DNA of 63,921 bases, the filler included, from Reclinomonas americana ATCC 50394 (taxonomy: Eukaryota): NCBI GenBank assembly GCA_048213135.1. It is 16 parts of 16 records of this genome, joined end to end, with 100 filler letters (N's around TTAATTAATTAA, not from the genome) between each part and the next. Parts side by side here need not be neighbours in the genome. Positions count along the whole stretch, not along the records: positions 1 to 2,584 come from AFZH01019611.1; positions 2,685 to 7,014 come from AFZH01019612.1; positions 7,115 to 10,620 come from AFZH01019613.1; 13 more parts are not named here. One strand, 5' to 3'. Shown one piece after another: positions 1 to 10,720 of this stretch (its first letter is position 1; each line of letters opens with the position of its first letter). The position numbers were made by a program, and so were the translations under genes. A model generated the notes under the pieces. That model saw nothing but the letters and a program-made list of their open reading frames with translations, made no database searches and was not told where the DNA came from.

Positions 1-809
1 GGACTGCCGCGACCGAGCAGGTACGTCCACGACAACGTGAAATCATCCGTGCGATACACGGCCACGACACCGTCTTGGCGGCCAGTGACGAGGAAGCGGC
101 CGTTTGGCGCCAGCGCCATTGCCGTGACGTTGCTGGTGGTGGTCGTGTCGCGCAAAGAACCTCCCTCCGAGACTGCGCCCCACACTCGCACCGTGCGGTC
201 CTCGGCACCACTGATGATCTCGATGCAGTCGGGTGTCACCGCCAGTCCACGAACAGGACCACAGTGGCCAAACATGGAGCACAAGGGTGCGCCCGATTCA
301 GCGAGCCACACCCGCACAGTGCACGAAGTGGAGCCGGTGAACACCAGCAGGCCGTTCGGGGCCACCGCCAACGCTGTGATGCACCCCACGTGTCCAACAG
401 CACGCCACCGCAACGTGCAAGCCGCCGTCGCGATCGGTGAATCGCGTTCCCACGACCAGCAGCGCAGGTCGTAGTCACCCCGCTGCTTGTCGCCACCACC
501 ACTGAAGAGCACGTGAGGGTTTGACGGCGAGAATGCCACACATTGCACTGGTCCACACTCGCCGCCGGTTCCGACTAAACTCTCTGCTGGCGGCAGGCAA
601 GCGCCGATCTCCTTGCCATCGACGAGATCGAAGAGACGGACAACACCATCCTCACAACCGGCGGCGAGCACGAGGTGGTTTGGCGACGTGAACACAGGCA
701 GTGGCACGGCCACCGAGCAAACGCAACCGCTGCGACACAAGCACTCACTGCGAGCGCTGCGCAGAGTGACAGGCTCGTTTGCCAGGGGAGGTACGACAAG
801 GCGGAACAT
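1..809 (-). CDS. WD40-repeat protein, 3' partial
   Basis: Open frame from ATG at 809 runs off the window start, which is why the ORF track misses it. It contains WD repeats LAAGCEDGVVRLFD, GHVGCITALAVAPNG..FTGSTSCTVRVW and GHCGPVRGLAVTPD..ISGAEDRTVRVW. Confidence 0.85.
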   Translation of the reverse strand, partial: MFRLVVPPLANEPVTLRSARSECLCRSGCVCSVAVPLPVFTSPNHLVLAAGCEDGVVRLFDLVDGKEIGACLPPAESLVGTGGECGPVQCVAFSPSNPHVLFSGGGDKQRGDYDLRCWSWERDSPIATAACTLRWRAVGHVGCITALAVAPNGLLVFTGSTSCTVRVWLAESGAPLCSMFGHCGPVRGLAVTPDCIEIISGAEDRTVRVWGAVSEGGSLRDTTTTSNVTAMALAPNGRFLVTGRQDGVVAVYRTDDFTLSWTYLLGRGS

Positions 810-895
810 GTTGTCTTGGCTCTTTAGAAGTCGAAATGTATCCTGTCAACAAACAGGACAACCCGGCAAAAACTGCATCACATCACAACACGCCA

Positions 896-2584
896 ATGGA
901 GGTCGACGCTGAGAGTATTGACGCAGCCGGCGATGAGCCCGTGGGCGGCAGCGGCAGCGCTAGTATCAGCAGCAACAGCTCGGTCCTCGTGCGCTTTATC
1001 ACACGCACATTCTCGCTCGCACTGCCAGAGTCGGCTCCACCGTTGGCCGTGCCTGTAAACCTCACGCGGTTTGGCCTGTCGGAGATCGTGAATCACCTCC
1101 TCTCGCTCGGTGAGTGCACGAACGCACACAGACGTGTTGTTGTGGTCGCCAGTCGGCCATGTGCACATGCACATGCACACGCTTTCGCTCACCGACTTAT
1201 GCTCAGAGCCATCGACGCCGTTCAACTTCCTCATCGATGGCAACCTGCTGCGCACGTCGCTGGAGAAGTACTTGGTGAAGCACAATCTGTCGGTGGAGAA
1301 TGAGTTGACACTCGAGTACTTTGAGGTGCATTCTGCACATGCATGCGTGTCTGTCTTTGAGAGTGTGTGCTCATCACACTGTGTGGTGTAGGCCATGAGG
1401 CCACCGCAAGTGGAGAGGCAGTTGCCGCAAGATGACTGGGTGGGGGCGGTCGCTGGTGGAGCGCGAGGATTCATACTGGCCGGCACCTACAGCCAGCGTC
1501 TGCGTCTGTACGACGACAGCGGTGAGATGCGTTTTGAGTCGCCCAGTGAGCTCTCGGGCCCCGTCACCTGCATCAAGTACATGCAGAATGGCCTGGAGCT
1601 TGGCGGTGAGTGTGTAGCGCATACACTGAGCGATGCATGAAGTTGTCTCCTCAATGGTGTTGGCCACTTGCAGTCGATGGTCTCCTCAGCAGTCCCACCA
1701 ACACCTTCCAGTTGGCGGTGGCCACGAAGGAGTCCGAGTTTTACCTGTACTCGCTGAGCAATGCCGACGCGGGTGCGCGCAGCAAGGGTCGCAAGAAGGC
1801 AGCCGCCTCAGCGGCGACTGGCGAGTGGACTCTGCATCAGCAGATGGTGTTTGAGGGGCACACCGATTCCGTGGAGGCGCTTGCGGCGCACCCCTCGCAA
1901 TCGCGTGTGGCCAGTGGATCGTGGGACGGGCGTGTCGGTCTGTGGAAGACCGAGACAGCCGACGTCGACGATGACGGTGAGGCTCGCGGTGGTGACAGCA
2001 GCGAGCCGAAAAAGAAGCGTGGCCGCTCGGAGCCCGGCACTCGCGGCATTCCGCGTAACGTTGCGCAACGCGCTGTGTGACCGTGTCGCATGAGAGAGTG
2101 GTGCTCAGTTTTCAATCCTCGGCACAGCGTTCTGGAGATTTGATTGCTGCGCATCGTGAGGCCGTGACGGCGCTGCACTGGACCAACGACACGCATCTGT
2201 GCTCGGTGAGTCTCGACAGCGAACTGCACATTCGCGACATGTACACGGGAGAGCCGGCGACGCGCATGGTGAGTCGCATACTTGCAGTGATTGATTTCGA
2301 TCTTCTTCTAAAAAGAGTGCAGGCATGCGACTGCGCCATTCTCTCGGTGACCACATTCCCCACCGCCCCGCAAGTGTTGTACACGGGTCACTCGGATTCC
2401 GTTATCCGTGTGTGGGATACGCGCGCAATGGACGGCAAGTTTATCAAGCGTACGCTGACCGGCGGGCACGATGCCGGCGCCTGGGTCAACTCGGTGACAG
2501 CGCACCCCACCAACACGAATGTGATTGCTTCGGGTGGCTACGATCGGCGCACCTGTGTGTGGGACGTACGCAGTGACAAGCCGC
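896..2584 (+). CDS. WDR12: Ribosome biogenesis protein WDR12/Ytm1 (NLE/ubiquitin-like domain + WD40), spliced, 3' partial
   Basis: Exons read VRFIT..AVPVNLTRFGLSEIVNHLL / PFNFLIDGNLLRTSLEKYL..LSVENELTLEY / PQDDWV, then WD repeats (GHTDSVEAL..ASGSWDGRVGLW, TGHSDSVIRVWD, ASGGYDRRTCVWDVRS). GT-AG introns, e.g. 1110-1207. Confidence 0.9.
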
Positions 2585-2628
2585 NNNNNNNNNNNNNNNN
2601 NNNNNNNNNNNNNNNNNNNNNNNNNNNN

Positions 2629-2640
2629 TTAATTAATTAA
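2629..2640. other. Artificial contig linker TTAATTAATTAA flanked by N runs. It recurs near 7059, 10665, 13439, 26602, 30004, 35389, 42260, 49837, 51795, 53908, 55113, 59436, 61617 and 62793.
   Basis: Identical palindromic 12-mer with stops in all six frames, embedded in N runs 15 times. Confidence 0.99.
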
Positions 2641-2683
2641 NNNNNNNNNNNNNNNNNNNNNNNNNNNNNNNNNNNNNNNNNNN

Positions 2684-4690
2684 NGCAGCAGGGGAACGAT
2701 CAGCATGGCACCTCGGTGATAGACAAAAAGCGAGGCGAAAGCGCGCGCACCGCTGCATTCTCACTCTGCAGCCGACCAAATTCGTCGGCTGTGAGGAAGA
2801 GCCGGTGTGGCTCCGCCTCGGCACTGGTGATGAGCACAGTCTGCACGCACACTTGTCAACACATTTTGCACGCACACTCAATGGAGCAGGTGCAATCGCA
2901 CCTTGGCCTCGTACAGCTCGTCCACCAGAGTGATGAAACGGCGCGCTTCGTTGCGCTCCGAGTACGACAATCGTGGAATGTCGGTGACGAACAGAATATC
3001 AAAAGTCTCGCAAACGGCCTGCCCAGCCACGCCACACGTGAGAAGAGCGAAAAAGAGAGAACAATGTGTCGCGGAGTGCGACGCAACAATGTAGTCGGCC
3101 GCGCCCAGCGGCTTGGCGCAGAGATCGTTGAAAGTAAACATGGCGACCTTGCCGCAGCTGCGGGGAACCGTCAACTTTCTGTTCATCATCACTTGAATCT
3201 CCTGGTTGTGCACCACTTCTCCGCCTGTGCGCACACACACACTGTGAGGGCACACAGCGCCGACAGATCTCGTGAATACAGACGCAACTGCACATGTAGG
3301 CGAACATGCGTTCGACGCGATCGCGGGTGGCGGCGTCGAGCGGGTGGTTGAAGACGCGAAACTCGGACTGGCTGCTGAAAATGTTGCCGAGCTTGCGGTA
3401 GTCAATGTTGGAGGCGATGCGGTGCACGTGACAGTAGTGCTTCAGCTGCCCGATGAATGGCAGAAAGAGCGCACGCTGCAGTCCGTCCTTGTACAGATCG
3501 TCGGGGTGCCGGTTCGAGGTCGCCACCATCACCAGGCCGCCGGCCCACAGGTGCTCAAAGAGCCGGCGGATAATCATGGCATTCGCAATGTCGTACACTG
3601 CAAGCAGCAGCAGGTGAGCCTGCATGCAAAATGACAGGAGGGTGAACCAACATACCCTGCATCTCGTCGAAACACAGCAGCCACGACTCGGCTAGGATGT
3701 CGCGCGCAATCGATGGGATCGGGTCACCGCGATTGTTCTTCTTCCACTTGTTGATGCGCGAGTGCACCTCGAGCATGAACTGCGGGTGCATGCACATCAT
3801 GAGCTCACTACCAACAAAAAACACGCGCGCAATCGACGCGCCACACACCTCGTTGAAATGCACTCGGCGCTTCTTCGTCACCTCCGAGCACTGCGCACCA
3901 CAATGAGAAAAAGGACGACGTTCGCCATCGAAAGCCACGCAACACTATAAAACATGTCCATCAGCATCGACTTGCCACATCCCACGCTGCCATACAGATA
4001 CACGCCCGTGATCGCTGGCTCCGTCTGCATCCAGGGCGCATCAACAACAACACACGTTCAAACGACGACAGGCGTGATGGCTCCCCACCTGTGGCGGATG
4101 ACTCTCCGCAATCGCCGCCTCGTTGCTCGCATGCATGGTGCCGTCGCCTCCGCCACCGCCAAACCACGATCGCCAGCCACCTCCTCGCCTCCGCGCCTTG
4201 CGCGACCCCTCGTCATCGGCCGTCACACCAAACAGCGACGCACTGCGCCGCGCAGCCGACGCAGCCGACAGCGCCTTGGTCGGTGGCACCTCGTCTAACG
4301 CGCACACAATGAGCGCGTGCGTGTGTCTGAGAGCAGGTGCATTGTGTGCTCACCATGTGCGTGCGCTCTCAGTTCATCGTACAGCGGCTGCAGCAGTCGT
4401 CGCACGGGCTCCTCCTGGTGCGGATCTGCAGCCAGCTCACCGCGTGCCACTCGCGCCGTGTACTCTGCCACAGGGCCACCACTCGACACCATCGATGCAG
4501 GTCTCTGTGCCTCACACACACGTCAGCGCCTATGTGTGTGTTGTGTGTGAATGCATTAGGCGTCGTTCACCAGCGTCGCAGTCGCTGCATTGGTGCCGGC
4601 AGAGGAGCGCAGTCGAGACTTGGCGGCGGCGGCGGCGTCGTGTGAGAATAGGGCGCGACCGCCGTGCATGATCGCAGCTCGCCACATCAT
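2684..4690 (-). CDS. AFG1: AFG1/LACE1/ZapE-family mitochondrial ATPase, spliced, 3' partial
   Basis: Walker A in YLYGSVGCGKSMLMD, KRRVHFNEFMLEVH, Walker B in LLCFDEMQVYDIANAMI, VATSNRHPDDLYKDGLQRALFLPFI, NEARRFITLVDELYE. The N-terminus (MMWRAAIMHGGRALF) resembles a targeting peptide. Confidence 0.92.
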
Positions 4691-4761
4691 CTGATGAACG
4701 CGACAATCAATCAATCTTGTCGGATCTTGTCGCGTTTCTGTTTGTACACTATTCGCCTCTC

Positions 4762-6754
4762 ATGAACGCGGAGGAGTGTCGCAGTTTGGTGGACAGCGTA
4801 TGCGGCAAGGTGGAGGAGCTGCTGGCCTTGCACGATCAAGTGTCGATCGCGGATGATTCCGCGGCACAGCATGAGAGGCTGGTGGCGTGGCCGCACGCGG
4901 AAAGTGCCCCCGATGAGCTGCAACCCGTTCTCGACCGCGTGCTGCACTACAAAGGTGAGTCGATCGCCTGTCTTTAAGTGTTGTGTTTGTTTGTTGTTGA
5001 TCAGATTCTCTATTGTAGCGTCGCGCGACTACTCGGCGGCGGAGGAGTTGGCCGGAGAGCGACTGGCGCTGTGCTTCGTGCGACTGCTGGAGGTGTCGCA
5101 TCGTGAGATGGTGTGGTGGTATACGCATGAGGAGCTGGAGCCGCCGGCGAGAACCCCGGAGGAGGAGCGGATGGAAAGATCGCGGCAGTACTTCTACGGC
5201 GTGACGATGAAGAGGAATCACGAGGAGATGCACACACGTTGTATATGGTGCGGCCATGTGCTGGGCCTGATCGGTGCGTGATCGTCGATGCCGATTGTCG
5301 CCAGGCGCGCAGTGGCATCAGTTGACAACTGACGGGGGGTTTAAATTTGCCATGACAGCATCCAGTGTGCCTGGCAAGGGCATGCTGCAGCGACTGGGCG
5401 TGTGGGACCGGCTGCTGGCCATCGTGGTGGACAGCTCATCGCTGTGGCCCATCCGCTTTGTCATCTACAGTTGGCCTTTCCTCTCGCTCGCACGTTGAGT
5501 ATAATATATAGTCCGGCCTGCTGCGATGCTTTTGCTTGCTTATTGTGATGCTCTTGTTGTGCAGGAGACGGGCTCTGCGACGAGCACGGTGTTTTCGACC
5601 AGGAGGCCGCCAACAAGGCCATGGAGGTCATCGCACGGCCCGAGTTTGTGGATTGCCTCATGAACGCCATTCTTCGTACCACGGCTGTACCTGGCGAGCT
5701 CCCACGCTGCTCCGTGCGCGAGCTCTGCCACACGTTGGAGATGACGTTGCAACTGCGTGAGTTGTCTCACCACTCAGCTGTGGACTCTCGATCTGTCGTT
5801 CTTTCGTCAGTTGCTGACTTGTTGAGTTGCAACAGTTCACATCGACGCCATGTTCGAGAGAATCGGAGAGCGAGCCGATGTCATTGAGCGCCTGCGCAGC
5901 ACACTGCGATTGCTGACGACAAACGTTGACCAGCCGAAGCCGGTCGATCCCGACCGCCGCGGCTTGACCAACGTCGTGTTGAACGTACTGACGTCCCTGG
6001 CCGAGGTCAACCTCGACATCTCGTGCTTCGCTCAAATCCGCACCACCATGGAGGCAGTCGACCTCCCGAGGACTGCAATGATTGTGGCGCAGTATCATGG
6101 CGACAAAGAAGTGCGCGAGAATGCGCTGCTTTTGACGTGGCATCTAAGTTACGTGCGCAGCGCGCTGCTGTGTTCCACGCAACAGTACCGTTTTTGTCTC
6201 ATTCGATATTGTGTATACAGTGGTCCCCGACCGGCAGGAAGCACGTCAGCAAGTGCTCGACCAGTCTGGTGACGGTATGGTAATGGTGCGTATTGCTGAG
6301 GACATGAAGTCCGTGGCCTCCATTATGGTGCTCTATATCCTGGCCAGTTGCGTGTCACTGTTGCTCCTGCTGGTGGCCGTCGATCCTTCGCCACTCACCG
6401 CATGACACACACAGAGCACGGCCATTTTGACCAGCAGCCGCACGTCATTCGCGATCTGTACTACACGTTCAACAACGCCTCCGTTTCGACTCACGATCCT
6501 GCTGACCCGTGGTCGTTCAGCAGTTGCGCTGTGTGCACTTGGCATCACTGGGCCGCCGCCTGTATTTTCTGACTGCCGGCGCAGCATTTGTGTTCACCAA
6601 TGGCGGGCTGGCCGCGACCATGGAGCTGGAGATGCCGCCAGATTCCGAAACAGACTTGCGCGCAGTGTACAAGGCGGCAGCGGTCGTGATGGATAGACGT
6701 GTGCGTATTGCCTTGGCCGGGAGGAATTTGAGACCGCGGGCCTACGCGTCGTGA
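4762..6754 (+). CDS. Hypothetical multi-exon helical (possibly ARM-like) protein
   Basis: Chain of Leu-rich helical exons separated by GT-AG introns, ending ..RPRAYAS*. No recognisable motif. Confidence 0.55.
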
Positions 6755-6807
6755 GATCGAAAACGAGACGAGCCGTACCATGATTAAACAACCCGTTCAT
6801 TACTGTG

Positions 6808-7014
6808 TCACGTCAAGTCGTCACGTGAGCTTGCCGTGTCGTCCATGTCGTCGGTGACCTCCTTGGCGGAGAGGGCGCGTGTGGCTCCCTTCTTCCATAG
6901 AGTCAGCCTGAACGACGTCTGCGAGCTGCCTCGCTTCCACTGATGCAACAAGATGATCATTTCGAGGAACCACGCTGTGTCGGCCGACTGCAAGACCCAG
7001 TTCCACCACTGCGT
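6808..7014 (-). CDS. 3' end of an unidentified gene
   Basis: Open frame from the contig edge ending ..DDMDDTASSRDDLT*. Confidence 0.35.
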   Translation of the reverse strand, partial: TQWWNWVLQSADTAWFLEMIILLHQWKRGSSQTSFRLTLWKKGATRALSAKEVTDDMDDTASSRDDLT

Positions 7015-7114
7015 NNNNNNNNNNNNNNNNNNNNNNNNNNNNNNNNNNNNNNNNNNNNTTAATTAATTAANNNNNNNNNNNNNNNNNNNNNNNNNNNNNN
7101 NNNNNNNNNNNNNN

Positions 7115-8165
7115 TGCGGCTGCTGCTGCTGCAGCGGCGGCGGCGGCGGCGGCGGCAGGGGCGGGAGGCGGCGTTGGAAGCAGTGGCAATGCCGGCGTCA
7201 AACGCACGTTCTCGATGAGCGACGACGGAGACGATGACATGGGCAACATGAAGCAGGCCATGGGCGAAAAGTACAATCGAAACATGCACTCGTTGAGTGT
7301 GACCACGGCCAAGTTTATGCAGCTGATTGCGCAGTCGGTCGACTGCACCGTCGATCTCAACTGGGGTGCGTGGGCGCATCATTGTGGTGTGTTTCTTTTT
7401 TTTCTTGCTCCTCACGTGTGTATGTGTGTGTGTGAACACAGCATCGGAGCAATTGAATGTGAAGAAGAGGAGGCTATACGATGTGTGCTCGGTCATCACC
7501 AGTCTGGATCTGGGCCAGAAGGAGCAAAAGAACACGTTCAAGCTCAACTTCAGACCAGTACTCGATCCCGACGCACCCAACGACGCCGAGCAGCAGAAGC
7601 TGTCACTGGAGCACGAGATCGCGGCGTTGGCGGCCGAGGAGGCCAAGGTCGACTGGCAGATTGAGCAGACGAGAGAGCAGCTGGCGACGCTGCAGAGAAG
7701 AATGATTACGGAAAAGTTGCGTGCGTGTGGCATGCGCGTGAGGTGTCCCTTTATCTATTTTGCTCATGATACGCGCGTGCACATGTCACAGGTTGCACTA
7801 TGTCGACGTGCAAGATGTGGTGAATACCACGGAAAACATGCGCGAATCGTATGCGTTTGCCGTGCACGGTCGAGCGCTGGGTGCCGATGAATTTAGCCTG
7901 CTGGAGAAGCCAGTTTCGTCGTTCCACACGCCGCCGCTGTTGTTGTTGTCGTCATACTAAACATGAGCAGAGTCGCGAAGCAGGGAGATTGGCTCCGGGC
8001 GCGCCACCCGTGTCGGTGCGCTTTGTCAATGGGCATCAGCTGGAGCTCGACGTGATCACACCTGCGCTGTCGGGCGAGACGCCGACGGTGGAGGAGCGCG
8101 AAACCACAGCCTCTGAGCCGAAGCACGTGCGCGTTCACACGCCCGCTGTACCACCACCACCATGA
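7115..8165 (+). CDS. E2F: E2F-family transcription factor, spliced, 5' partial
   Basis: Winged-helix domain SLSVTTAKFMQLI..VDLN/ASEQLNVKKRRLYDVCSVI with the RRxYD motif, followed by a coiled coil (EIAALAAEEAKVDWQI) and a marked-box-like segment (YVDVQDV). Confidence 0.88.
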
Positions 8166-8264
8166 GGGAGAGCCACACAATCGCCGAGGTAATATCGAAA
8201 ACATGCTGACTGCGACAGAAAATGAAAGTGGATTCTTGTGAAAACAAAAAGAAACGCGTATTAC

Positions 8265-8861
8265 ACAACAAAGGGAAGAGCGTTGCAGGAATCCTCCCAC
8301 GACGAGTGTGAAATACAAGATTCTGCGAATACTGAACACACGATCGTCACGCACGAATCATCGTGGTCTCGGCCGACTGTGCGTCGACACAAGAGCTGGT
8401 CAGCCAGTGGAGGAAGGAGGGCATGGCGCGATGCACAGATGTCGTCTGACCACAGCAGCTGCCCCAAAATTGACGCCTGTTGCTCACCAGCAGCGCTGCG
8501 GCGGCGACGCGAGGACCTCGAGCGCAGTGCGCTCCCAAAATATCGAAATTCTTGTGAAAACAAAACAATCCTCTGTTTTACAACAACGAGAACAACAACA
8601 ACAACAACAAGGGAAGAGGCTGCAGGAATCCTTCCCGACAAGTACGAAATACAAGGAATCTTGTGAATACTGAACACACACGATCGTCATCACGAATCTG
8701 CCATCATGGTCTCGGCCGACTGTGCGTCGACACAGAGCTGGTCAGCCAGTGGAGGAAGGAGGGCGCTTAGTGATGCATAGATACACGCACCATAAACATG
8801 TCGTCTGACCACAGCAGCTGTCCAAATTGACGTCTGTTGCTCACCAGCAGCGGCGGCGACG
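8265..8861. repeat. Diverged tandem duplication, about 340-bp period
   Basis: Blocks such as TGGTCTCGGCCGACTGTGCGTCGACAC..GAGCTGGTCAGCCAGTGGAGGAAGGAGGGC and ATGTCGTCTGACCACAGCAGCTG occur at both ~8365-8500 and ~8707-8855. Confidence 0.9.
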
Positions 8862-10298
8862 ATGGGGGAGGAGGGCTCCCGCCCACGGCAGACAGCCGGG
8901 GCGACCAGCGCGCCTGTGGTGGCGAGTTCGAGTCGAACGAGCTGTGGTGAGATCGCGTGCGGACAGGTGGCAACCCTGTTGGATTCGCTAATATTGGCGA
9001 GTTTCTGGACCGTGGCGGCGATCGTGAGCTGTCTCGCGCAGATGCCATGGCTGGTGCGGCTGCTGGTGCACTGGCGGCCGCCGCAGCTGCGGAGGGAATG
9101 CCGCTCGACCCCACACTAGCCGTTGTGGTCATCAAAGTCGGTATCGTGCCTCCATTCTTGGTATCTAGTGGGAACGCGAACACCTCCACTCGCTCAGTGA
9201 ACGCCACCGCGCGCACACGCTGCGGCTGGTCAGGCAGCTTGGGAGAACCGTCCTGTGTGGCGAGTGATGAGTTTTTTTCAGCCTATGACTCCGCGCAGAC
9301 ACACCAAAAAAAAGAAATCTTCGGAAACTACTGACCGAATTGGCACGGTGTTTCCGGCCCGGCCGCGTCGCTATCGCAGCTGCTGTGGCTGCTGCTGCGG
9401 CCGCCGCCGCCGCTGTGTGAAGTGGCAGTGGGTCTCCAAATGATGCAGCGGCGGAGGTGGCGGTGACGGCGGCTGGATTTGTACATCCAGCGTCAGCCGA
9501 GTGCGCACGGTGGCGGCCACTACCACGCACATTTCGCAACACCGGCGCCGGTGTTGCGGATGATCGCAGAATGCTGGAGGCAGAACTGGAGCTCTCACGG
9601 TCGTCACTGCCGCGCGTGGACGACGACGACGGCGTGTTGCTTCGCAGGTGACCGCCAATGACAATGGGCCGGCCGCCTCCTGGTGAGGTGGGCGAGGTCG
9701 GCTCCACTGTGAGGCTGGCGTGTCGGACGCCGCCAATGTGAGGCGCAGTCGACGAATGCCGCAAGTACCGCCCATTCACCGACCCCGACACCATCAGCAG
9801 CGGCGACTCATACCGCTGACTAGCTGTCATCGCCGCCGCCGCCGCATCGCTCGATTTGGCGACATCGACACCGCCGCTGTTTTGCGGCGACAACACTGCG
9901 CCCACCATAAACGAACGATCCCCTCCTCCACCTGCTGCTGCTGCTGCAGAGGAGGCCACAAACGGTGGCGACGACAGTGGCGACAGCGGCGCAAAGTTAT
10001 CCTCATCGTCGTCCTCCTCTGCTGCCGCCTCCTCCTCCTCTGCTACGTCGACATCGAGCTCTGTATCGGCGGCGGACGAAGACCGCCGTCTCGACGACGA
10101 TGTCGACACGGGCGACGAAGAGCGACGTCTGTGTTGCCGCTGGCGACGCTGCTGCTGCCGCCGTCGCCTTCGCTTTCCATCGTGGTTGTTTGCATCTCCG
10201 GAGGTCAATACCGGTTCATGAATAAGCACACTGCCCATGCGCCCTCCTCCTCCTCCTCCTCCAGGCGTCGTTGCCATGGTCGACCGTGAGTCATTCAT
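8767..10298 (-). CDS. Low-complexity Ser/Ala/Pro-rich hypothetical protein, spliced
   Basis: Long ORFs 9165-10355 and 8767-9216 with poly-Ala/Gly/Ser tracts and SP motifs. No domain recognised. Confidence 0.5.
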
Positions 10299-10720
10299 GT
10301 CTGTGGTGGCGACACTGGCGGCAGTGGTGGTGGCGGGGAGCACAGGTCGAGGCAAACGGCGTCGCGCTGCAGCTATTCACAAATATGGCACTCTTTGTGA
10401 ATCTCACACGCGAACACACACACACACACACGCACGCACGCACGCACCACCACGACTGCGTCCATATGCACTGGGGTGCACGCGACTCTGTCGACAGCCC
10501 ATGCGCTGAAGCGAGAAACGAGAGAGTGCGCGTGTGCGTGTGCGTGTTTTGCTCTCTCACTCCGGCAGACAATAAAAACAAACTTGAAACCATGAAATTG
10601 TGACTGGGTTTATTGAGTTTNNNNNNNNNNNNNNNNNNNNNNNNNNNNNNNNNNNNNNNNNNNNTTAATTAATTAANNNNNNNNNNNNNNNNNNNNNNNN
10701 NNNNNNNNNNNNNNNNNNNN

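Noticed and set aside
37..474. Plus-strand 145-aa ORF
   Set aside because: Antisense shadow of the minus-strand WD40 gene.
2585..2683. Regularly recurring TTAATTAATTAA as a biological repeat or CRISPR-like array; ORFs ending XXXLIN
   Set aside because: It is always embedded in N runs, so it is an artificial six-frame-stop contig linker.
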